In this document: positions 45,945-63,658 of the stretch, in pieces
How the letters are laid out: the number at the start of each line of letters is the position of its first letter
Position numbering within the stretch: position 1 is the first letter of the stretch
Assembly (NCBI GenBank): GCA_963727505.1
Contig: CAVSGP010000009.1
Span: 352,001-416,000 of the forward strand
DNA: 64,000 nt
Direction: 5' to 3'
Origin: an uncultured Trueperaceae bacterium
Lineage (GTDB): Bacteria; Deinococcota; Deinococci; Deinococcales; Trueperaceae
The notes under the pieces: generated by a model
Told to the model about the DNA's origin: nothing
The model's database searches: none
The model's input: only the letters and a program-made list of their open reading frames with translations
Made by a program: the position numbers and the translations under genes

Positions 45945-47163
45945 ATGGCTAAGGGTGTGTTTGAGCGTACGAAGCCGCATGTGAATGTGGGGACGATTGG
46001 GCATGTGGATCATGGGAAGACGACGTTGACGGCTGCGATTACGTTTGCGGCTGCGGCGGCGGATCCGAGTGTGGAGATTCAGGATTACGATCAGATTGAT
46101 AAGGCGCCGGAGGAGAAGGCGCGGGGGATTACGATTAATACGGCGCATGTGGAGTATCAGACGGTTGCGCGGCATTATTCGCATGTGGATTGTCCGGGGC
46201 ATGCGGATTATGTGAAGAACATGATTACGGGTGCTGCGCAGATGGATGGTGCGGTGTTGGTGGTGTCGGCTGCGGATGGGCCGATGCCGCAGACGCGTGA
46301 GCATATTTTGTTGGCGCGTCAGGTGGGGGTGCCGTCGATTGTGGTGTTTTTGAACAAGGTGGATATGGTGGATGATGAGGAGTTGTTGGAGTTGGTGGAG
46401 ATGGAGGTGCGGGAGCTTTTGTCTTCGTATGAGTTTCCGGGGGATGAGATTCCGGTGGTGTCGGGGTCTGCGTTGAGGGCGTTGGAGGCGTTGCATGGGA
46501 ATCCGAATATGCAGCGTGGTGAGGATGGGTGGGTGGATAAGATTTGGGAGTTGTTGGATGCGGTGGATTCGTATGTTCCGACGCCGGTTCGGGATACGGA
46601 GAAGCCGTTTTTGATGCCGGTGGAGGATGTGTTTACGATTACGGGTCGTGGGACGGTGGCTACGGGTCGTATTGAGCGTGGTGGGGTGAAGACGGGGGAT
46701 GAGGTTGAGATTGTTGGGTCTTGGTGATACGCGGAAGACGGTGGTCACTGGGGTGGAGATGCATCGGAAGACGTTGTCGTCGGGGATGGCTGGGGATAAT
46801 GTGGGGGTTTTGTTGCGGGGTGTGGGGCGTGAGGAGATTGAGCGGGGTCAGGTGTTGGCGAAGCCTGGTTCGATTACGCCGCATACGGTGTTTCGGGGGT
46901 CGGTGTATGTGTTGAAGAAGGAGGAGGGGGGGCGGCATTCGGCGTTTTTTTCTGGGTATCGGCCGCAGTTTTACTTTCGGACGACGGATGTGACGGGGGT
47001 GGTGTCGTTGCCGGAGGGTGTGGAGATGGTGATGCCTGGGGATAATGTGGAGCTTGCGGTGGAGTTGATTAAGCCGATTGCGATGGAGGAGGGGTTGCGG
47101 TTTGCGATTCGTGAGGGGGGTCGGACGGTCGGTGCGGGTGTCGTGACGGCCGTGACGAAGTAG
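45945..47163 (+). CDS. tuf: Elongation factor Tu, interrupted by a +1 frameshift at about 46716-46718
   Basis: [42 protein letters not shown]...[16 protein letters not shown]; removing one G from GTTGGGTCTT restores [11 protein letters not shown] and 405 aa. Confidence 0.96.
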
Positions 47164-47249
47164 TCTTCGCCTCTTTCTCGTGCCGGGGCCCGCTGCATCA
47201 CCACGGCGGGGCCCCGACTCTGGTATGCTCTTTCGATTGGGAGACCATC

Positions 47250-47414
47250 ATGGCCAGTGACGTCCGCATCAAACTGCTTCTCGAGTGCACCGAGTGCAAG
47301 CGCCGTAACTACACGACGCACAAGAACCGGCGCAACAGCCAGGGCAAGCTCGAGCTCCGCAAGTACTGCCCCTGGGATCGCAAGCACACCGCGCACCGTG
47401 AGGTGAAGGTCTAG
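47250..47414 (+). CDS. rpmG: 50S ribosomal protein L33 (below the ORF-track cutoff)
   Basis: [54 protein letters not shown]. Confidence 0.97.
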   Translation: MASDVRIKLLLECTECKRRNYTTHKNRRNSQGKLELRKYCPWDRKHTAHREVKV

Positions 47415-47424
47415 GCCGGCCCGT

Positions 47425-47607
47425 ATGTTCAAAGGATTCGTCAACTACCTGCGCAACTCACGCGCCGAGCTCGGTCGCGTCACCTGGCCCACCCGTAAGG
47501 AAGTGCTTCAGGCGACCGAAGCGACGCTGTTGTTCGTGGTGCTTACGGCGCTCTTCCTGCTCATCGCGGACGCCACGTTGGGGAACCTCATTGGCCTCCT
47601 CACCTGA
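47425..47607 (+). CDS. secE: Preprotein translocase SecE
   Basis: ELGRVTWPTRKE plus one TM; between rpmG and nusG. Confidence 0.95.
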   Translation: MFKGFVNYLRNSRAELGRVTWPTRKEVLQATEATLLFVVLTALFLLIADATLGNLIGLLT

Positions 47608-47679
47608 GGTCGACGCCCCACCCCGTCGCCGCGGCCAGGGTTCCGGCGCGGGGGCTCACGAGACGAGGTATGGACCCGA

Positions 47680-48237
47680 ATGAGCATCGAGTGGTACGCC
47701 GTCCACACCTATGTGGGCCACGAGGAGAAGGTGAAGGAGAACGTGATGAGTCGGGCGAAGTCGCTCGGCATTGCGGAGTGCATCTACCAGGTGGTCGTGC
47801 CCACCGAGGAGACGGTGGAGCACGCGGGCGGCGGCAAGAAAGAAGTCGTCAAGCGCAAGCTCTTTCCCGGATATATCTTCGTGCAGATGGATCTCGGCGA
47901 CAATCCCGACGAGCCCAACGAGGCATGGGAAGTCGTGCGCTACACGCCCGGCGTGACCGGTTTCGTGGGCACGGCGACGCGTGCGGTGCCGCTCTCCCCG
48001 GAAGAGGAGCTGCGGATGCTCGGCACGCTGGGCATCACCGGCTCGCGGGAAGCGCCCAAGATCAAGATCACCTTCAACGTCGGCGACATGGTCCAGGTCA
48101 CGGCCGGCCCCTTCGCCGACTTCACAGGTGTCGTCTCGGAGGTCAACCCCGAGCGCGGCAAGGTCAAGGTACTTGTCTCGATCTTCGGCCGGGAGACCCC
48201 GGTCGAGCTCGACTACTCTCAGGTCGTCAGGGCGTGA
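47680..48237 (+). CDS. nusG: Transcription factor NusG
   Basis: [34 protein letters not shown] motif [18 protein letters not shown]. Confidence 0.98.
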   Translation: MSIEWYAVHTYVGHEEKVKENVMSRAKSLGIAECIYQVVVPTEETVEHAGGGKKEVVKRKLFPGYIFVQMDLGDNPDEPNEAWEVVRYTPGVTGFVGTATRAVPLSPEEELRMLGTLGITGSREAPKIKITFNVGDMVQVTAGPFADFTGVVSEVNPERGKVKVLVSIFGRETPVELDYSQVVRA

Positions 48238-48262
48238 GCGTGACCTCCCGTCACGATAGCGC

Positions 48263-48298
48263 GATGCCGAAGGCATCGCCCGGGATGCCTTCGGCATC
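48263..48298. repeat. Nested palindrome: two mutually complementary hairpins
   Basis: GATGCCGAAGGCATC-GCCCGG-GATGCCTTCGGCATC. Confidence 0.8.
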
Positions 48299-48364
48299 CC
48301 GCGCCCTCACGGAGCGTTCGAACCCCGCAGCGGGCCATGCCGGCGGGGGAGCTTAGGAGGAATC

Positions 48365-48805
48365 ATGGCCAAGAAGATCGCGGGTATCGTGAAGCTCCAA
48401 CTGCCCGCCGGAGGCGCCACGCCGGCGCCGCCGGTCGGCCCTGCGTTGGGGCAGTACGGTGCCAACATCATGCAGTTCGTGAAGGAGTACAACGCCACCA
48501 CGGCCTCCCAGGCCGGCGCGGTGATTCCGGTCGAGATCACCATCTTCGCCGACCGCTCCTTCACGTTCATCACCAAGACGCCGCCGGCCAGCTACCTCAT
48601 CAAGAAGGCGGCCGGGATCGACAGCGGCTCCGGTGAGCCGCACAAGGTGAAGGTCGGCAAGATCAGCTGGCAGCAATGCCTTGAGTTGGGCGAGCAGAAG
48701 ATGACCGACCTGAACGCGGGCAGCCCCGAGGCTGCGGCGCGTATCATCGCCGGTACGGCGCGCTCGATGGGCGTCACCGTGGAGGGAGCGCCGACCGATG
48801 GCTAG
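48365..48805 (+). CDS. rplK: 50S ribosomal protein L11
   Basis: [29 protein letters not shown]. Confidence 0.98.
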   Translation: MAKKIAGIVKLQLPAGGATPAPPVGPALGQYGANIMQFVKEYNATTASQAGAVIPVEITIFADRSFTFITKTPPASYLIKKAAGIDSGSGEPHKVKVGKISWQQCLELGEQKMTDLNAGSPEAAARIIAGTARSMGVTVEGAPTDG

Positions 48806-49481
48806 ACGTGGCAAGCGCTACCGCGAGCTCGAGAAGCGCGTCGATCGCGCCCAGCTCTACGCCCCCGATGAGGCGGCGGCGCTGGTGAAGGAACTCGCCA
48901 CGGCGAAGTTCGACGAGACGGTCGAGGCGCACTTCCGGCTCGGCGTCGACCCCAAGAAGTCCGATCAGACGGTGCGCGGCACCGTGGCTCTTCCGCACGG
49001 CACCGGCAAGACCGTCCGGGTGATCGCCATCACCCAGGGCGACAAGGTGGCGGAGGCGGAGGGCGCCGGCGCCGACGTCGTCGGCGGGGAGGATCTCATC
49101 CAGCGGATCGTCGACGGCTGGATGGATTTCGACGCCGTGGTCGCCACCCCGGACATGATGGCGCAAGTCGGGGGCAAGCTGGGCCGCGTGCTCGGCCCCC
49201 GCGGGCTGCTCCCGAACCCCAAGGCGGGCACCGTAGGCCCGAACATCGGCGATATCGTCGGTGCTTTGAAGGCCGGCCAGATCGAGTTCCGCGCCGACAA
49301 GACGGGTGTGGTGCACGCGCCCATCGGCAAGGCTAGCTTCGACACGGACAAGCTCGCGGAGAACCTCTCCGCGCTTCGTACGGCGTTGGATGCGGCGAAG
49401 CCCGACGCGGCGCGGGGCCAGTACGTCCGTACCGTCCACCTCAGCTCGACCATGGGCCCCAGTGTCCGGGTCGCCCTGTAG
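48798..49481 (+). CDS. rplA: 50S ribosomal protein L1
   Basis: [41 protein letters not shown]. Confidence 0.98.
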   Translation: MARRGKRYRELEKRVDRAQLYAPDEAAALVKELATAKFDETVEAHFRLGVDPKKSDQTVRGTVALPHGTGKTVRVIAITQGDKVAEAEGAGADVVGGEDLIQRIVDGWMDFDAVVATPDMMAQVGGKLGRVLGPRGLLPNPKAGTVGPNIGDIVGALKAGQIEFRADKTGVVHAPIGKASFDTDKLAENLSALRTALDAAKPDAARGQYVRTVHLSSTMGPSVRVAL

Positions 49482-49529
49482 GGCGGTTGCATTCACGGCA
49501 TCCCGGTGCGTAGCGGTTGCGATGCACCT

Positions 49530-49590
49530 CTGGCGTTGGAGACAGCAGGGGCCTGCCAGGCTTAAAGATCCTGCCGAGGCGTTCAAGGTT
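49530..49590 (+). ncRNA. L10 leader (rplJL autoregulatory RNA), core
   Basis: GAGACAGCAGG...CTTAA...CCTGCCGAGG in the rplA-rplJ spacer; bounds approximate. Confidence 0.7.
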
Positions 49591-49710
49591 GCCAGTTTCG
49601 GCTCGTTTCGAGACGAACAGCGTGACCCCGCTGCGCTTCGCGGCACGCGCCCTTCGATAGCGGCCCCCTGGGGCCGCGGGCGCACGTTCTAGACAAGGTG
49701 AGAGGGTTCC

Positions 49711-50241
49711 ATGGCCAACCCAAGGAACGAGGCGTCCGTTCGCGAGCTGCATGGTCTGCTCGACGACGTTAAGACGTTCTTCCTGGTGGACTACCAGGGG
49801 CTCTCCGCTGGTGAGCTCGGCCGGCTGCGCGCTTCGGTGCGCGCGTCGGGCGGGCGCATCCTGGTCGCCAAGAACACCCTCATCGACGTCGTGCTCAAGC
49901 AGCAAGGCGTCGAGGGGTTCAGCGACACGCTCACGGGTCCGACGGCCCTGGTGCTCGTCGGCGAGGACCCGGTGGCGCCTCTGAAGGCGATCGCCGACTT
50001 CGCGAAGGACCACCCAAGGGACCTGCCCAAAGGCAAGGGCGGGCTCCTGCAGGGAGGCATCGTGAGCGCGGATGCCCTCGACCGCATCGCCAAACTGCCG
50101 TCGCGGCAGCAGCTGCAGAGCGAATTGCTCGGCACGCTGCTCGCGCCGCTGCAGCAACTGGTGGGCGTGTTGGAGGGACCACAGCGGAACCTGGTATCCG
50201 TCATGCAGAACTACAGCGAGAAAGTGAAGGAGGAACAGTAG
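49711..50241 (+). CDS. rplJ: 50S ribosomal protein L10
   Basis: VDYQGL, VAKNTL, LTGPTA, IAKLPSR. Confidence 0.97.
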   Translation: MANPRNEASVRELHGLLDDVKTFFLVDYQGLSAGELGRLRASVRASGGRILVAKNTLIDVVLKQQGVEGFSDTLTGPTALVLVGEDPVAPLKAIADFAKDHPRDLPKGKGGLLQGGIVSADALDRIAKLPSRQQLQSELLGTLLAPLQQLVGVLEGPQRNLVSVMQNYSEKVKEEQ

Positions 50242-50622
50242 ATGGCGTTCGACAAGGAAGCGATGGTGGAACAGCTCAGTGGCCTGACGGTGCTGGAGCT
50301 GGTGGATCTGGTGGATGCCCTGAAGGAGAAGTGGGGCGTCGAAGCTGCTGCCGCGATGCCGGCAGGGATGATGGCGGCCGCGCCGGCCGCCGCCGAAGCT
50401 GAGGCCGAGGAGCAGACCGAGTTCACGGTCAGCATCAAGTCGGCGGGCGACAAGAAGCTGCAGGTCATCAAGGAAGTCCGCGCGATCACGAGTCTGGGTC
50501 TGAAGGAAGCCAAGGACCTGGTCGAGGCCGGCGGCGTCGTGAAGGAGAGCGTCGGCAAGGACGAGGCCGACGAGATCAAGGGCAAGCTGGAAGCCGCGGG
50601 CGCCACCGTCGAGGTCAAGTAA
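50242..50622 (+). CDS. rplL: 50S ribosomal protein L7/L12
   Basis: [10 protein letters not shown]...[27 protein letters not shown]. Confidence 0.98.
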   Translation: MAFDKEAMVEQLSGLTVLELVDLVDALKEKWGVEAAAAMPAGMMAAAPAAAEAEAEEQTEFTVSIKSAGDKKLQVIKEVRAITSLGLKEAKDLVEAGGVVKESVGKDEADEIKGKLEAAGATVEVK

Positions 50623-51155
50623 CGCGCTTTGCGCGCCGGATGCACGGAGGGCCCGCGCACGCGGGCCGTCCAGAAGGAGACGCCCAGGCGTGTGGCGACC
50701 GTACTCGGGTCGTCGCACGCCGGAGGGCGTATCGACGGGTCCGTTCGGGCATGGCAGGCGACGTGACTGGGAGCCGCGAAGCGGTAGGATGCGAATTCGT
50801 GGTTTCAGGCCCGCTAGCGGGGAGATCGGTCGGAGTCGGTACGAAAGACAGGTTGGCAGGTCACAGCGAGACGGGTTGGATGCTGCGTCCCGGACGAACC
50901 TCACGGTTCGAAGAGGCGGCGAGCGCGCGATGCGATGCCGCGGCCGGGCCGCCCGACACGTTCTCCCGATGGGACACGGTATTTTGAGTCAGGGGATTCG
51001 TACTTGACGTCGAACGTTTCTGTACGGCAAGGCGTACCGGGAGACCGCACGCGGCCCTCCCGCGATGCGCTTTGTCGCGTCACGGCTTGAACGGCACACG
51101 CGGCGTCGGCCGCGTAGACGCTCCGGGCGACACGGCTTCGAGCGAAGGGGTGAAG

Positions 51156-54530
<3,375 letters not shown>

Positions 54531-54573
54531 GCCGGGTGAGGACCGCAAGTGGCGCTTTCCTGAAGGGACGGAC

Positions 54574-59160
<4,587 letters not shown>

Positions 59161-59186
59161 TCCGCTCGGGAACACCACATCGTCCC

Positions 59187-59216
59187 GCGGGGGCCGGCGC
59201 ACGCGCCGGCCCCCGC
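59187..59216 (+). terminator. Strong hairpin after rpoC
   Basis: GCGGGGGCCGGCGC-AC-GCGCCGGCCCCCGC. Confidence 0.7.
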
Positions 59217-59244
59217 TCACGTTGGGGCTGCTACGCTGTCGGAG

Positions 59245-59667
59245 ATGCCAACGAGCGTGCCCGAGGGGCCGTACACCGGCGCCGCGTTGGACGCGGTGGT
59301 GCTGGCGTTCGACCCCGGGCGCAATGTGGGTGCCGCCTGGGTGCGTCGTGACGGCACCGCCGAGCGCCTCGCCATCCTTGCGCTGCCCGACCTCGAGCAG
59401 CTCGTCCTACCACCCGGCGCCGTCGTTCTGGTAGGGGACGGCACGGGTAGCAGAGCCGTGGTGGAGCGCCTGCGCGCGCGCGGCGTGGCGCCCACGCTGG
59501 TCGACGAGCGCGACACCACCCTCGTGGCGCGGGGGCTCTACTTCCGGGACCATCCGCCGCGGGGGCCGTTGAGGCTGCTGCCGCCCGGCATGCGCTCGCC
59601 GCCCCGCCCGATCGACGACTACGCCGCTTATGCCATCGCGCTGCGCTGGCTGGGGGTGCACCGGTAG
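59245..59667 (+). CDS. YqgF/RuvX-like RNase H-fold nuclease
   Basis: LAFDPGRNVG, VGDGTGS, VDERDTT, PIDDYAA. Confidence 0.8.
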   Translation: MPTSVPEGPYTGAALDAVVLAFDPGRNVGAAWVRRDGTAERLAILALPDLEQLVLPPGAVVLVGDGTGSRAVVERLRARGVAPTLVDERDTTLVARGLYFRDHPPRGPLRLLPPGMRSPPRPIDDYAAYAIALRWLGVHR

Positions 59668-59709
59668 CGCGCCCGCGCTCTTCAGGGCGGAACGCAACGG
59701 GCATGCGCC

Positions 59710-60351
59710 TCAGGGGCGCTGGGCGCGCACCGTCACGATGGGGAAGAACCAGTCCACGCCGGGAGGCAGGGGCACCGTGTCGAGGCGCTCGAAACGGAAG
59801 CCGGCCTCCTCGACGGCGCGCGGGGTGTCGCGCCCGATGTGGCAGCCGCGTCCCTCGAAGGCGTTCCAGAGAGGATCGACGGCATCCTGCAGGCGTCCGA
59901 TCCAGGGACGGGAATGACGGACGTGCTCCAGCAGGCGCAGCGAACCGCCCGGGCGGAGCACCCGTCGCGCCTCGCGCAGTGCGACGTCGGGCCGCGCCAC
60001 GCTGCAGAGCATCAGCTCGGCGACCACGGCGTCGAAGGTGCCGTCGCGGAAGGGCAGGTCGTGAGCGTCGCCGGGAAGCACCGTAACGTCGGCCGTGGCC
60101 GTGCGTGCCCGTCGCGCCGCCGTCAGGCGGAATGCCGGCTCCGGCTCGAGTGCCGTGACCTGCGCCTCCGGAGCGTAGTGGACGAAGCCGGCACCGGTGC
60201 CACACCCCAGCTCCAGCACCTTGCCCTTCACGTCCTCGAGCAAGCTCCGCCGCGCCTCGGCCAGCGCCATGCGGTCCAGGCGCCCCACGACGCCGTCGTA
60301 GAGAGCGGCGGCGCCGCCTGACCGACGTTCCAGCCAGTCGCGTGGTCCCAT
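59710..60351 (-). CDS. Class I SAM-dependent methyltransferase
   Basis: VLELGCGTG, GDAHDLPFRDGTFD, LCSV, RVLRPGG, LLEHV; start uncertain. Confidence 0.88.
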   Translation of the reverse strand: MGPRDWLERRSGGAAALYDGVVGRLDRMALAEARRSLLEDVKGKVLELGCGTGAGFVHYAPEAQVTALEPEPAFRLTAARRARTATADVTVLPGDAHDLPFRDGTFDAVVAELMLCSVARPDVALREARRVLRPGGSLRLLEHVRHSRPWIGRLQDAVDPLWNAFEGRGCHIGRDTPRAVEEAGFRFERLDTVPLPPGVDWFFPIVTVRAQRP

Positions 60352-60463
60352 CCGGTCGCCTCCCCGGGGCCGGTGACGCCCCGGGACGGGGGCGCCATAC
60401 GAAGGGCCGGGGAGGATCCCCGGCCCGCATCCGGCGCGCGGCCCTTGGCCGCAGCGCGTCATG

Positions 60464-60970
60464 TCAGTTCAGCTCGTCGTCTTCCCCCGCGTCCATCATG
60501 GCGCGCGCTTCCTGCACGTTGATCGACAACACAGCACTGATCTCGCCGGCCAGCAGGCGCAGGGCCCGCCGGTAGGCCTGACGGTCGAGGTCGGGGAGGC
60601 CGCGTTCGAGATCCCAGCGGCGCAACTCGCTGGCGAGCGTGGCGATCTGGTAGGGGTCGCCGCTCGTCAGGATGTCCGTCACCTTGCGGTGACGCGCCGC
60701 CCATTGCTTCGGCAACGTGATGCGACCGTTGTTGAGGCGCTCCAGGACGCTCTGGACCTCTTCACTGGTGAGTGCCGGGCGGAGCCCGGCCTCCTGGGGC
60801 GCGTGTACCGGGACGTAGGCGCGCGAGGTGCCATTGGGGAACTCGACCTCGTAGTAGTCGAGGTCCGCGCCCGCGATCGTGCGCACCGTGGTCCCGGAGA
60901 CGATGCCGACGCCGTACGGCGGGAGGACCACCTGATCACCGCTCTTGAAGGTCTTGGATTGATCTTTCAA
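60464..60970 (-). CDS. carD: CarD family RNA polymerase-binding regulator
   Basis: FKSGDQVVLPPYGVG, AYVPV, GLRP, LPKQWAARHR (wedge Trp); TTG start after AAGGGAG. Confidence 0.93.
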   Translation of the reverse strand: MKDQSKTFKSGDQVVLPPYGVGIVSGTTVRTIAGADLDYYEVEFPNGTSRAYVPVHAPQEAGLRPALTSEEVQSVLERLNNGRITLPKQWAARHRKVTDILTSGDPYQIATLASELRRWDLERGLPDLDRQAYRRALRLLAGEISAVLSINVQEARAMMDAGEDDELN

Positions 60971-61120
60971 CGTTGCCTGCTCCCTTCTTTCAGGGCTCGT
61001 TCATGCTTGCGCGGCCGCCGACTGCGGCGGCACCGGGTTGGACAGGTTGTTGAGGTGATAGCTGTGGGGGGCTCGCCCCAGAGAAAATACGCGGCTCCAG
61101 CGAGCACATCCACGTACGGC

Positions 61121-61129
61121 ATTCTAGCA
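61121..61129 (-). promoter_or_regulatory. Extended -10 promoter for carD
   Basis: TGCTAGAAT on the minus strand, about 150 nt upstream of the start. Confidence 0.55.
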
Positions 61130-61259
61130 GATTCGAGGGCGCCTTGCACGGGGTCGAAGGTTCCGACCGGAGCTTCTTCAGAAACCTTCGAAGTTCGTCC
61201 TGGTCGGCGTTCTGGCGCGTGACGCGTGACGCTTCGAAACGGCACTCGTGGAACTGCGG

Positions 61260-62171
61260 TCAGTCTCCCGGCACCTCCGGCGGCGCTGCCTCCGCGGCCG
61301 GGTGCTCGCTCGACCGCACGGTGAAGACCACGCCGGCCAGCAGGATGGCGGCGCCGACCAGCGTCAGTGCCGACGGCACCTCTCCGAAGACGGCGAGCGC
61401 CAGCAGGGTGGACCCGACCGGTTCCAGCAGGGTCGTGGTCGCCACGAGCGTGGGATCGAGGTGCCGCATGGCGTAGTTGATGCCGTTGTGCCCGATCAGC
61501 TGGGGCAAGAGCGCGAGAAGCGCGATCCACGCCAGGCTCGAGACGGGGTAACCGGTGTAGGGAATCGCGAACAGCGCCGGCAGCGGCAGCAACGCCAGCG
61601 CAGCCACCGCGTACGCGACGCCGGCGTAGGCGTCGAGCCCCACGCCGGAACGCTGCACGGTGCGGCCGAGAAGCAGGTATCCCGCCGCACTGGCCGCGCC
61701 CACGAGCGCCAGCGCGTCGCCCAGGAGCGGCGCAGTGCCCCCGCCGAGGTCGCCGAAGCCGATGACGGCGGCGCCTCCCACCGCGAGCACGACGCCGATG
61801 AGGACCGAGAAGCTGGGCGCGCGGCCGGTGAACAGCCAGGCGAACAGCGCCACCCACAGCGGGGAGGTCGTGACCAGCGTGACGCTGGCCGCCACCGACG
61901 TCAGGTTGAGCGAGGTGATCCAGGTCGCGAAGTGGATGCCCAACAGCACGCCTGCCGCCACCGTCAGGAGCGCGGCCCGACCCTTGAGCGGCGTCCGTCG
62001 GAGCCCACGAACGGCCAGGGGCGCCATCACGAGCGACGCCAGCACCATCCGGTAGAGCGCGATCACCACGCCCGGGGCATCGGCCAGACGGATGAAGATC
62101 GCCGCCAGGCTGATCGCCGCGATCGCGGCCGCCAGCACCAGAGAGACCCGCGTGGTCGGAGGCGGCGCCAT
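61260..62171 (-). CDS. EamA/DMT family transporter
   Basis: About 10 TMs; HFATWITSL..TSVA, GDALAL, LLPQLIGH, LLEPV. Confidence 0.9.
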   Translation of the reverse strand: MAPPPTTRVSLVLAAAIAAISLAAIFIRLADAPGVVIALYRMVLASLVMAPLAVRGLRRTPLKGRAALLTVAAGVLLGIHFATWITSLNLTSVAASVTLVTTSPLWVALFAWLFTGRAPSFSVLIGVVLAVGGAAVIGFGDLGGGTAPLLGDALALVGAASAAGYLLLGRTVQRSGVGLDAYAGVAYAVAALALLPLPALFAIPYTGYPVSSLAWIALLALLPQLIGHNGINYAMRHLDPTLVATTTLLEPVGSTLLALAVFGEVPSALTLVGAAILLAGVVFTVRSSEHPAAEAAPPEVPGD

Positions 62172-62302
62172 GAGCGCCATCCTACCGTGCCGCCGCCGTG
62201 AGCGCCCTCCAGGTCGCCCTTCGACGGCCTGCGCGAGGTGCTCGGCCGCTGGGAGAGCACCGTTGGTAGAGTGGGGCGGTCGCAGGACGAGAGGGGGGCC
62301 GC

Positions 62303-63658
62303 GTGGCAGCATTTCCGTCGGACTTCACATGGGGCGTGTCGACCGCCGCCTACCAGATCGAGGGTGCAGTGGCGGACGGCAAGGGCGCCAGCATCTGGGA
62401 TACGTTCGCGCACGGAGCCGGACACATCGTCGACGGCAGCGACGGCGATGTCGCGTGCGAGCACCTCGAGCGCATCGACGAGGACCTCGACCTGCTGGCC
62501 GAGCTGGGGGTGGGCGCCTATCGCTTCTCCACCGCCTGGACTCGCATCTTCCCCGAAGGGAGCGGCCGGCTCCGGCGCGCCGGACTCGATACCTACGAGC
62601 GCATCGTGGACGGCCTGTTGGAACGCGGCATCGAACCGTGGCTCTGCCTCTACCACTGGGATCTTCCCCAGGCGCTGCAGGACCGCGGAGGATGGGCGCA
62701 GCGCGACACCGTGCACTACTTCGCCGACTACGCCGCCGCGGTGGCCGAACACCTCGGCGACCGCGTACGCCGGTTCCTGATGTTCAACGAACCCAACGTG
62801 CACGCCGTACTCGGTCACCTGCTCGGTGTGCACGCGCCCGGTGTGACCGATCCGGCCGCCTTCGCGGCCGCCCTCCACCACCAGAACCTGGCGACCGGCG
62901 TGGGGGTGGCACGGCTGAGGGACATCGACCCGTCGTTCACCCTGGGCACCGTCGTGAACGTCCAACCGGTGATGGCGGCGGCCGACGGCGAGGAGCACCA
63001 GCGAGCGGCCGAGCTGCTCGACGCCGTGTGGAACCGCGCCACGCTCGACCCCTTGCTGCTGGGGCGTTACCCCGAGGCGGCCGCCGGACTACTGGGCGAG
63101 GTCGCTGACGCCGACGATCTCGGCCTCATCCAGCAGCCGCTCGACGTTCTGGGCGTCAACTACTACAGTCGCGCCTGGGTGCGCGCCAGCGCGACGAGCC
63201 TGGTAGGGCTCGAGCCGGTCGACCCGCCCGCCGGATCCGCGACCACCGCCATGGGGTGGGAGGTTGCCCCGGAAGCGCTGACGGGCGTGCTCGCCGAACT
63301 GCGGGACGCCTACGGCAACCCTCCGGTCGTGATCACCGAGAACGGCGCCGCCTACGAGGACGCGCCCGGACCGGACGGGCGAGTGGAAGACGTGGCGCGC
63401 GGCCGCTACCTCACGCGCCACCTGCGAGCGGTGCAGGAGGCGATCGACGCAGGCTGCGACGTCCGCGGCTACTTCGCCTGGACCCTGGTCGACAACTTCG
63501 AGTGGGCGGAAGGGTTCAGCAAGCGCTTCGGGCTGGTGCATCTCGAGCGCGCCACGCAGCGTCGCACGCCCAAGCGCTCCTTCGACGTATACCGGAGCGT
63601 CCTGCGAAGCGGCATGCCCGAGGCAGTCGAGGAGGAGCTCCCGGCGGAGGACGGCTGA
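62303..63658 (+). CDS. GH1 beta-glucosidase
   Basis: FTWGVSTAAYQIEG, YRFS, LYHWDLPQ, catalytic NEP and ITENG, DNFEWAEG. Confidence 0.95.
   Translation: MAAFPSDFTWGVSTAAYQIEGAVADGKGASIWDTFAHGAGHIVDGSDGDVACEHLERIDEDLDLLAELGVGAYRFSTAWTRIFPEGSGRLRRAGLDTYERIVDGLLERGIEPWLCLYHWDLPQALQDRGGWAQRDTVHYFADYAAAVAEHLGDRVRRFLMFNEPNVHAVLGHLLGVHAPGVTDPAAFAAALHHQNLATGVGVARLRDIDPSFTLGTVVNVQPVMAAADGEEHQRAAELLDAVWNRATLDPLLLGRYPEAAAGLLGEVADADDLGLIQQPLDVLGVNYYSRAWVRASATSLVGLEPVDPPAGSATTAMGWEVAPEALTGVLAELRDAYGNPPVVITENGAAYEDAPGPDGRVEDVARGRYLTRHLRAVQEAIDAGCDVRGYFAWTLVDNFEWAEGFSKRFGLVHLERATQRRTPKRSFDVYRSVLRSGMPEAVEEELPAEDG

Noticed and set aside
45945..47163. tuf as a horizontally acquired gene
   Set aside because: The protein has the Deinococcus-Thermus signature insert and sits in the canonical tRNA-tuf-rpmG-secE-nusG operon.
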